DNA from: Alphaproteobacteria bacterium
GTDB lineage: Bacteria; Pseudomonadota; Alphaproteobacteria; UBA7985
Direction of reading: 5' to 3'
DNA length: 57,458 nucleotides
Assembly (NCBI GenBank): GCA_965658725.1
Contig: CBFHUI010000006.1
Location: 1-57,458 of the forward strand
Shown: piece by piece, positions 37,241-44,786 of the stretch
Layout of the letters: every line of letters begins with the position of its first letter
Numbering within the stretch: position 1 is the first letter of the stretch
The notes under the pieces: model-generated
The model's database searches: none
Seen by the model: only the letters and a program-made list of their open reading frames with translations
Told to the model about the DNA's origin: nothing
Translations under genes and position numbers: made by a program

Positions 37241-37320
37241 GGTTTCCTCCCTTTTTTACCGTCTTTGGCGGTCTCTCTCGGGCGCTTGGCGCGCGGAGTT
37301 TTGCCAGCCAAAGGCCTCGC

Positions 37321-37430
37321 ATGGGTGCATGTCCGAGGATCTCTGCCAGCGATGACGTGGCAGTGATTAGTCCCTTCGCATTCTTTGCGTCAGCGAAAGA
37401 CCTCGGATCAGCACTAAGCGAGCCGCCCAT
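37321..37430 (-). ncRNA. Candidate cis-regulatory structured RNA in the leader of the binding-protein gene (three-way junction, kissing loops)
   Basis: Nested complementary segments: tccgagg/cctcgga with tct/aga, ctgcca/tggcag and ttcgc/gcgaa; the loops carry complementary tgacg/cgtca. I do not recognise an Rfam family. Confidence 0.45.
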
Positions 37431-37735
37431 ACCCTAACCGCAATTCAGCTTTGCGAACAAGGCGATACAAGTTCGAATCAACTAATATCTCGAAAAATGA
37501 ATGTTTTTGTCGCGTGAGTGGCGATTGACGGGAGCTTGGGGTTGCGGATGCAGTGCGCAGGGCCCGTATTCGGAACCTTGTTGGGGCTTTGATGATCGCT
37601 GCAGAAGGGTGATTCTTCGCCCTCGGGCCTCCTTGATTGATGGGATCTTGCGGGGCTGAAAGTGGTTGTTTTGTGCGCTGCAGTCGTGCTTTCTGCGCTC
37701 CAGACCCGACCTTCATTCTCTCAAGGCTGTAGCCC

Positions 37736-39097
37736 ATGCCAACGATCCAAGAACCACCCCGCGAGACCCCCATTGTTCATCAGACAGACGTTCTCGTCAT
37801 CGGTTCTGGGCCTGGTGGTCTTGCAGCCGCTCTGGCTGCCGCGCGGACGGGGGTGGACGTGACCCTGTTGGAGCGCTTTGGCTGCTTTGGCGGGAACATC
37901 ACCGTGGTGGGGGTCGAGGGTTTTGCCTGGTACCGGCACGAGCAAACCGTTGAGGCCGGCGGTATCGGTTGGGAGTTCGAGGAGCGTGCTAAGGCCGAAG
38001 GGGCAGCAGTACCGGAGAGTCAGTCACTGTCCTACGAACTGGACTCTGAGGGCTTCAAGCTGGTCGCCGATAAGCTGGTTCTGGAAGCGGGGATCCATCC
38101 CATGCTGCACCGCCAGTTTGTCGCGCCCATCATGGAAGGGCGCACCATCACAGGCGTGATTGTCGAGAGCAAGGCCGGGCGCGAAGCCATTCTCGCCAAG
38201 CGCATCATCGACGCCACCGGCGACGCCGACGTCGCCCATCGCGCGGGCGCACCGATGAAATCCACCCCGCGCGAGGAGCTGCAGGCCGCATCGGTTATGT
38301 TTCACCTCGCGGGCGTCGATAAGCGGAAATTTCTCGACGGGATCCGCGAAAATCCTTCGACTTACGGCAGCTGGTCCAGCGGGGAGTGGCAGATCGAGAC
38401 CTCCGGTAAGGAGGACGACATGTTCTCTCCCTATCTGGGAAAGCCCTTCGAGCAAGCCATTCGCGACGGGCTCATTCCTGCGCACCTGAACACCATCGCC
38501 GGGACTTGGGGTGCGGTGCACGATAGCGGCGAGATGACCTACATGAACCTGATCCACCTCGCAGGCGTGGATGGGACGGACCCCGATAGCCTGACGGAGT
38601 TTGAGATCGAGGGACGGCGTCAGGCCATGCTCGCCATCGAAGCGCTGCGCCGTTACACGCCCGGCTGTGAGGCCGCACGCCTGCGCAACTTCGGCATGAG
38701 CATTGGCATCCGTGACACGCGCAAAATCGACGCGATCTACAACATGACCGAGGACGACGTGCGCCATGAGGGTCGGTTTGAAGACAGCGTGGGGATCTAC
38801 CCCGAGTTCATCGACGGCTACGGCATCCTGATCCTGCCCACAACCGGCCGCTACATGCACGTTCCGTTCCGTTCCATGGTCCCGCAAGGGGTGGACAACC
38901 TGTTGGTCGCCGGTCGCTCAACCGGTGGGGACAAAGTCGCTCATGCAGCGACGCGGAACATGGCCTGCTGCGCCGTCTCAGGTCAGGGCGCGGGGATTGC
39001 TGCGGCACTATCCATCAAGCACAACTGGCCCTTTACCCTGCCAGACATGGATGCGATCCAGGGGGAGTTGTCACGGCAGGGCGTGCGCTGGCAATAG
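37736..39097 (+). CDS. FAD-dependent oxidoreductase (FAD_oxidored/PF12831-type)
   Basis: GSGPGG, ERFGCFGG, IDATGDADVA, GIRDTRKI, VPFRSMVP..VDNLLVAGR, GQGAGIAAA. Confidence 0.85.
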   Translation: MPTIQEPPRETPIVHQTDVLVIGSGPGGLAAALAAARTGVDVTLLERFGCFGGNITVVGVEGFAWYRHEQTVEAGGIGWEFEERAKAEGAAVPESQSLSYELDSEGFKLVADKLVLEAGIHPMLHRQFVAPIMEGRTITGVIVESKAGREAILAKRIIDATGDADVAHRAGAPMKSTPREELQAASVMFHLAGVDKRKFLDGIRENPSTYGSWSSGEWQIETSGKEDDMFSPYLGKPFEQAIRDGLIPAHLNTIAGTWGAVHDSGEMTYMNLIHLAGVDGTDPDSLTEFEIEGRRQAMLAIEALRRYTPGCEAARLRNFGMSIGIRDTRKIDAIYNMTEDDVRHEGRFEDSVGIYPEFIDGYGILILPTTGRYMHVPFRSMVPQGVDNLLVAGRSTGGDKVAHAATRNMACCAVSGQGAGIAAALSIKHNWPFTLPDMDAIQGELSRQGVRWQ

Positions 39098-39313
39098 CCA
39101 TCAACCGGGTGCGCGGACTCGGCGTTGCGGGGCGCATGGGTCGCTGAATATCCTAAGTCGAAACACCTTGCTCCGCCTTCCTTCGATGGGAGATGCCGCC
39201 CCTCATAATGTCCGCTGAAAAGGGTAATTTTAGTTCGATAATCTTCAAATAGCTGGTTTTTACTAGCTTAGGCGGCGTCAGCTGGACGGGCACACTTTTT
39301 ACGGACCCGATCC

Positions 39314-39508
39314 ATGACCCAGAAGTGGACCTATACCGCCTACGACGAGACCCGCACGACCTGCACGCATCAGGTTGGCCAGCTGCCTGCGTTTACGCTG
39401 GAGCCGGAGCGGGGACGGTTGGAGCGGGCTGTCGGGATATTTGGTCTGGTGACAGCCGGGCTTTGCCTGCTGGTGGTTGTGCTGATCTACCTGCTCTATT
39501 TCCTCTGA
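39314..39508 (+). CDS. Small protein with a C-terminal transmembrane helix
   Basis: 64 aa, GC3-rich codons, hydrophobic end IFGLVTAGLCLLVVVLIYLLYFL, AT-rich upstream region. Confidence 0.55.
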   Translation: MTQKWTYTAYDETRTTCTHQVGQLPAFTLEPERGRLERAVGIFGLVTAGLCLLVVVLIYLLYFL

Positions 39509-39647
39509 TCCTGCTCCCCGAACAAACGGGCGTGAACGTCGCGCGGGCGTGATTGCCGACCGGCGGGGCACAAAACCGTTTGCCTCGCATCAATTCAGTG
39601 GCATGGGTGGGGCAGCGCGCCGTTGCGCTGCACTGGCAAGGGACACC

Positions 39648-40106
39648 ATGGCCAAGGCCACCTCGACCACTTCCTCGGATGGGCAACCGACGCGATCGCG
39701 CCTTTGGCTGCGCGTGCAGAGTGCGCTTGCGCTCCTGTTTTTCCTGATCGGCCTGATTGGCGCGTTTCTGCCGCTGCTGCCGACGACTGTGTTCTGGATT
39801 CTCGCCTGTATCTTTGCCTTTCGCGGCTCCCCGCGCCTGCGTGCGTTCATGCTCAATCATCCAGTGTTTGGACCGGGCTTGCGGCTGTGGTTCGAGCACG
39901 GTGCAATCTCCCGCCGCTCCAAGATCTTCGCGGTGCTTTCAATGACGGCGTCCGGCGCGTTTGTGACGTGGATCCTTTGGGAGCGCTGGGTGATCATCGC
40001 TATTGCTGTCGGCACGTTGGCAGCTGTGGCGCTGTGGATCGCTACCCGGCGTGAAGGCCCTAGGTCCGCGCCCTCAACTGGTACAGGCACGCCAGAGAAG
40101 CCATGA
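39648..40106 (+). CDS. ybaN: YbaN family (DUF454) membrane protein
   Basis: GLIGAFLPLLPTTVF.ILA..F..GSPRL...LNHP.FGP....W..HGAI.RR.K. Confidence 0.88.
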   Translation: MAKATSTTSSDGQPTRSRLWLRVQSALALLFFLIGLIGAFLPLLPTTVFWILACIFAFRGSPRLRAFMLNHPVFGPGLRLWFEHGAISRRSKIFAVLSMTASGAFVTWILWERWVIIAIAVGTLAAVALWIATRREGPRSAPSTGTGTPEKP

Positions 40107-41056
40107 CGCAGGACGACGACAAGCCCAACTGCTGCCCCAGCGCAGCGCAAGGTCGGGAAGCCGATCCTAACTCAACAGTTGCCGCCGTCCCGTGGGCCCA
40201 AGAGCCCGCCAGCGCACGAAGGGTCACGCGGATTCCGGGCGGGCCGAGCTTCATCGGCACCGCAAAGCCCATTCTGGCCATCGATGGCGAGGGCGTGATC
40301 AAGAAAGGCCGTGTGAACGCTTTTGATCTCGACATCACGGCTGTAACGAACCAGCGCTTCGCGGGTTTCGTCGAAGCGACTGGCTATCGGACCGAGGCCG
40401 AGCGGCTCGGAGATAGCTTTGTCTTCCGCGGCTTTCTCGAAACAGCTCCAGAAGGCAGCATGCCGGTCGGTGGCGTGCCCTGGTGGCTCATGGTGCCAGG
40501 CGCGTGCTGGAAAGCGCCACTGGGGCCGGGGAGCGAGGCGGTGGTTGAGGCGGACCATCCGGTCGTGCACGTTACTTGGAATGATGCCAACGCCTTCGCC
40601 CATTGGGCAGGCGGGCGCTTGCCCACGGAGATGGAGTGGGAACACGCAGCGCGCGGTGGGCAGGGGGATGTTGCCTTCCCGTGGGGCGATCAAGAGCCCG
40701 ATGAGCAAGGCTTCTTCCCCTGCAACATCTGGCAGGGCCGCTTCCCGGACGACAACCGCGAATTGGACGGCCATTTCGGCACGGCACCAGCGCAGAGTTT
40801 CGAGCCTAACGGCTACGGCTTGTTCAACATGGTTGGCAATACGTGGGAGTGGACGCGCCAGCCGTTCACGCCTCGCTCCCAGACCCGCCAGGCCAAAGCA
40901 GCGCATGCGGGAAAGAAGGGTTTTAAGGTGGTCAAAGGCGGGTCATTTTTGTGCCACGCCAGCTATTGTTTCCGATATCGGATCCCAGCGCGGACAGCCA
41001 CGTCTCCAGATTCCTCGCTGAGTCATCAGAGCTTCCGCGTCGCGTACGACATCTGA
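40103..41056 (+). CDS. Formylglycine-generating enzyme (SUMF1/FGE family)
   Basis: VTN..F..FV.ATGY.T.AE, HPVVHVTWNDA, RLPTE.EWE.AARGG, GNTWEW, KGGSFLCHASYCFRYR with both catalytic Cys. Confidence 0.9.
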   Translation: MTQDDDKPNCCPSAAQGREADPNSTVAAVPWAQEPASARRVTRIPGGPSFIGTAKPILAIDGEGVIKKGRVNAFDLDITAVTNQRFAGFVEATGYRTEAERLGDSFVFRGFLETAPEGSMPVGGVPWWLMVPGACWKAPLGPGSEAVVEADHPVVHVTWNDANAFAHWAGGRLPTEMEWEHAARGGQGDVAFPWGDQEPDEQGFFPCNIWQGRFPDDNRELDGHFGTAPAQSFEPNGYGLFNMVGNTWEWTRQPFTPRSQTRQAKAAHAGKKGFKVVKGGSFLCHASYCFRYRIPARTATSPDSSLSHQSFRVAYDI

Positions 41057-41159
41057 CCACAAACAGCCCGCGTCGAACGTCTATTCTTGCCCTTGAAACC
41101 GTGTTTGCGAGGCCCGATGTGGAGCTGCGCGAACAAGCAGCTCGCTAACTGAAGATGAT

Positions 41160-41392
41160 CTAAATTAGGGACTTACAAGAATAAGCAAACTTGAATATCT
41201 TTGGCTTATTCATATATTTGAATACTATTAATACAACTCACGGTATTAATCACTTTTGATTTTAAGGGCCTAAGGTCCGTAAGTGAGACAAAAATATCGC
41301 GACTGTTCAAATTATCGCGAACAAAGTGGCTTGCCGATATTTTCAAAAATGCCAGTTTCCCAGTTGCATGTTTTTCTGAAGGAGGACCTGAA
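41160..41392 (+). promoter_or_regulatory. AT-rich proteorhodopsin promoter region with several inverted repeats
   Basis: gaataagc/gcttattc (41179-41211), tattca-N6-tgaata (41207-41224), attaatac-N8-gtattaat (41227-41250), direct repeat tatcgcga (41295 and 41313); RBS AAGGAGG. Confidence 0.6.
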
Positions 41393-42100
41393 ATGGAGAA
41401 AACAGGCTTAGATCCCAGCGATCCAGTTGGCGTATCTTTTTGGATTATTTCCGCGGCGATGCTCGCAGCGACCTATTTCTTTTTCGTAGAACGCGACCGT
41501 GCTGTCGGTAAGTGGAAGACTTCCCTGACCGTTGCAGCGATGGTTACTGGTATTGCAGCGCTGCACTATTTCTATATGCGCGGTGTTTGGGTGGATACCC
41601 AAAGCAGCCCGACGGTCTTCCGGTATGTGGACTGGTTGCTGACGGTTCCACTGCAGATCGTTGAGTTCTACCTGATCCTCGCAGCGATTGCGACGGTAGG
41701 GGCTTCGCTGTTCTGGCGGTTGCTGATTGCTTCGGTGGTCATGCTGCTGGCAGGTTTCGTCGGCGAGACCAACATCGACAACGCAGGTCTTCTGTGGGGT
41801 GGCTTCATCATCGGTACGGCGGCGTGGGTGTACATCATCTACGAAATCTTTGCCGGCGAAGCGTCCAAGATCAACGCGTCTCAGGGCACAGCGTCCTCGA
41901 AGATGGCCTTCAACGCTATGCGTTGGATTGTGACCATCGGCTGGGCGATCTACCCACTGGGCTACCTGCTCGGTTACGTGGGCGCTCTTGAGGGTGATGG
42001 TACACTCAACCTCGTCTACAACCTCGCTGACTTCGTGAACAAGATCGCCTTCGGTCTCGTGATCTGGGCAGCAGCGACTTCGGACGAAAGCCGGGCTTAA
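41393..42100 (+). CDS. Proteorhodopsin, DTE proton pump, blue-tuned (Gln105)
   Basis: HY.YMR (His75), RYVDWLLTVPLQIVE (D97, T101, Q105, E108), GWAIYPLGY, and YNLADFVNK with the retinal Lys. Confidence 0.96.
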   Translation: MEKTGLDPSDPVGVSFWIISAAMLAATYFFFVERDRAVGKWKTSLTVAAMVTGIAALHYFYMRGVWVDTQSSPTVFRYVDWLLTVPLQIVEFYLILAAIATVGASLFWRLLIASVVMLLAGFVGETNIDNAGLLWGGFIIGTAAWVYIIYEIFAGEASKINASQGTASSKMAFNAMRWIVTIGWAIYPLGYLLGYVGALEGDGTLNLVYNLADFVNKIAFGLVIWAAATSDESRA

Positions 42101-42131
42101 TCCCGACTAAGCTTTCGTTTCTTCCCAAGTG

Positions 42132-42174
42132 AAGGGCCCGGCCCGCCAATCGGCGGCCGGGCCCTTTTCGTTTG
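42132..42174 (+). terminator. Rho-independent terminator after proteorhodopsin
   Basis: aagggcccggc(c)cgcc-aatc-ggcggccgggccctt followed by ttcgttt. Confidence 0.85.
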
Positions 42175-42217
42175 TGGGGTTCAGCGGTTAGGCCGCCAAG
42201 GACGGCGCGCAGGCTTG

Positions 42218-42925
42218 TTAAGCCTTGTCCCCCTTGGTGAGCCCCAGTTCTTCGCGCGCCTGAACCAAGCGAGGATCGTTTGGCGCCATACCTAAGGAGC
42301 CGTGCGTTTCAGCATCAAAGCGCTGGCGAGCGCGATCCTTGTCAAAGCCCGTACCCAAGACCCAATCGATCCACCCCATGCCCGCACTAACATGAAAGGT
42401 CGCGTGGTGGTCCTGGAAGTGGTGGGCAAGGTGAGTGCGCGTCACCCAACGGCCAAACCGGCCCTTTCGCACGGGCAGGTGAGCGAGGGTGTGGCAGTAC
42501 TCGTAGAACAGATAGGCGCTGATCCCGCCGACAAAGATCGCCGTTGTCCCAGCGACCATTGCACCGCCAAGCCCGAGCAGAGGCCACAGCGCCAGCGCGT
42601 GTACCGCCACCGACAGCGCTGAGACCCACACCCCGTACCACGGCGCGTCTCCGGCAAAGAAACGGGGGTCAGAAGGAAATTCGTGGTGGGCGATGTGGGT
42701 GCGGTAGAGCTTGGAGAACGCGCCCTGATCCTCTGGCGGCGTGCCGTGGTAGGCGAAGCGGTGCAGGCAGTACTCAAAGACAAACTGCAACACCGCGCCC
42801 CACAGCGCGGCAAGCAAAAGCCAGCCGGTGAAGTTCAGCACCAGCACGCCCCACCCGAGCGCGTAGAACGGCATCAGGTATTGCAGGTTTCGCATCTTTG
42901 TCAGGTGGCGCAGTACCGTTCCCAT
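42218..42925 (-). CDS. Sterol desaturase / fatty acid hydroxylase family protein
   Basis: His boxes HRFAYH, HIAHH, HTLAH, HLAHH and a WIDWVLGT end. Confidence 0.88.
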   Translation of the reverse strand: MGTVLRHLTKMRNLQYLMPFYALGWGVLVLNFTGWLLLAALWGAVLQFVFEYCLHRFAYHGTPPEDQGAFSKLYRTHIAHHEFPSDPRFFAGDAPWYGVWVSALSVAVHALALWPLLGLGGAMVAGTTAIFVGGISAYLFYEYCHTLAHLPVRKGRFGRWVTRTHLAHHFQDHHATFHVSAGMGWIDWVLGTGFDKDRARQRFDAETHGSLGMAPNDPRLVQAREELGLTKGDKA

Positions 42926-42949
42926 TGTCCTGTTCCTTTCCTCTGTTAC

Positions 42950-44644
42950 TCAGCGGCCGTCGTAGACGATCCGACCGTCGCAAAGCGTCACTTGGACCGC
43001 GGCGTGCGGTAAGTCGGCTTCACTGACGGTTTCCAGATCGGTGTTGAGCACGGCGATGTCTGCCAGCATTCCGGCCTTGAGCTGGCCTTTGCGGGTTTCG
43101 GCGAATTCTGTGTAAGCGCCTACGGTGGTGTAGGACGCCAGCGTGTCGGTCAGCGTCTGCGACTGCTCGCCCCAGCGCTCATCTGGCCGCTTGGGGTAGA
43201 GGGCCGCTGCGATCGACAGCATGGGCTCCATCGGCACAATCGGCCAGTCTGTCCCAAAGGCCAGCACGGCCCCTGCATCACGCAGGGTTTGCCAGGGCCA
43301 GGCGTTGCGCACTTGCCGATCGTGGTAGATCACCCCCGGCGGCATGGGGTCGAACATCCCGGCCATGGGCGAGTGCAGGGGCTGCATCGAGGCAATGACC
43401 CCCAACTGAGCAAAGCGCGGGATATCGGCGTCAGTGACCGTCTCTACGTGCTCGATCCGGTGCCGGCTGTCGCGCACGCCGTTGGCGCGCTGGGCAGCCT
43501 CGTACCCGTCGAGCACGCGCCGCACAGCCCCGTCGCCGCAGCAGTGCACGCTGATTTGCAGTCCCATGGCGTCGGCTCGGATAGCGGCCTCATTGAAGGC
43601 TTCAGCGGTGAACACGCCCACACCGCTGGTGTCCGGGCGGTCGGGGTAGGGCTCCACCATCAGCGCGGTGTAGCTGTCAATCACGCCGTCCATGAACATC
43701 TTCACCCGCCCGGAATAGAGCATGTCTGAAGTATAGCGCTCGCGCATGAACAGCGCTTCGTCGAGCTTGGAGAGGGTGTGGGTGTTGCGCAGATGGCAGG
43801 GGATCTGCACGCGAGCGAGCAAGGTGCCGTCAGCCTCCAACTCGCTGAGCAGCTCCATCTGATAGAGGTTGCCGTCCATGTTATGCACGCTCGTTACACC
43901 CAAGCGCGCGCAGTGCTCCAGCCCCCGGCGCAACGCCGCCTTATCGCGCTCTCGTTCTTCGGGGGTTGCAGGCGGGATCGGGTCGTCGCCGGTGACGTAG
44001 CCCAGAAAATCGCGTCCGCCCAACTCAGTAAAGCGGATCACATGGGCAAAGGCGCTGGTCTCCAACAGGGCGCCTGTCGCCGTGCCATCCGGGCCCATGA
44101 CGATCTCCCCGTCTGGACCAGTCGGCCCTCCGTGCAGGATGCCCGCCATTTCCAGCGCCGGTGTGTTCGCCCAAACCGTGTGATGGTCGGCGGCCATGAT
44201 GGCAAAGGGGCGGTCGGGCATGACCCGGTCGAGCGCGTGGCGGTTGAGCTTCTCGCGGTCGCCCAAAATGCCGTAGCCCGCGCATACGGCATAGAGCAGG
44301 GCATCATCCGGTTTGCGCTGGCTTTCGGCGCGCACCGCCGCTGTCAGGGCGTCTTCACCGACTGTGTGAGCGAGGTTGAGGCAGTCCAACTCACCCGCTC
44401 CGCCGAACAGGTGCACGTGGCTGTCGATGAAGCCGGGAACAACGCTCATCCCGCCTGCGTCGATCGTCTGAGTCCGTGGCCCAGTCAGTGCCGCGACCTC
44501 GTCGCCACCAACGGCAAGGATACGCTGGCCAGCGATGGCGATGTGACTGGCGCGCGGCTGTGCCGGGTCCATGGTGAGCGCGGCGGCGTTGGTGATCAGG
44601 ATGTCAGCGGTCTGAGGGCTGTTGCTCAGCAATGGGTTTGCCAT
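42950..44644 (-). CDS. Amidohydrolase 3 family (YtcJ-like)
   Basis: PGFIDSHVH, HTVWANT.AL, KMFMDG, VHCCGD, HRIEH, SMQP.H, FGTDWP, GQLKAGMLAD. Confidence 0.9.
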   Translation of the reverse strand: MANPLLSNSPQTADILITNAAALTMDPAQPRASHIAIAGQRILAVGGDEVAALTGPRTQTIDAGGMSVVPGFIDSHVHLFGGAGELDCLNLAHTVGEDALTAAVRAESQRKPDDALLYAVCAGYGILGDREKLNRHALDRVMPDRPFAIMAADHHTVWANTPALEMAGILHGGPTGPDGEIVMGPDGTATGALLETSAFAHVIRFTELGGRDFLGYVTGDDPIPPATPEERERDKAALRRGLEHCARLGVTSVHNMDGNLYQMELLSELEADGTLLARVQIPCHLRNTHTLSKLDEALFMRERYTSDMLYSGRVKMFMDGVIDSYTALMVEPYPDRPDTSGVGVFTAEAFNEAAIRADAMGLQISVHCCGDGAVRRVLDGYEAAQRANGVRDSRHRIEHVETVTDADIPRFAQLGVIASMQPLHSPMAGMFDPMPPGVIYHDRQVRNAWPWQTLRDAGAVLAFGTDWPIVPMEPMLSIAAALYPKRPDERWGEQSQTLTDTLASYTTVGAYTEFAETRKGQLKAGMLADIAVLNTDLETVSEADLPHAAVQVTLCDGRIVYDGR

Positions 44645-44786
44645 GGGTCGGGTCGCCTTGATGCTCAGGGTGTGGGCCTTGATCGCGCGCCCCTCATGCA
44701 CTTTTCCAACGAAAAAGGCTTCCCAAAGGTTGCGCGATACCCTCACCATGAACCCAGTCCCGTTTGCTGCCAATAAGGAACACGCC

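Noticed and set aside
41393-42100. Carotenoid-antenna (fenestrated) rhodopsin or a non-proton pump
   Set aside because: Helix E reads WGGFIIG, with Phe at the position I align to the fenestration Gly; the motif is standard DTE.
42218-42925. Hydroxylase next to the rhodopsin as crtZ or blh
   Set aside because: It is convergent, separated by a terminator and co-oriented with the amidohydrolase; its motifs fit fatty-acid hydroxylases, not Blh.
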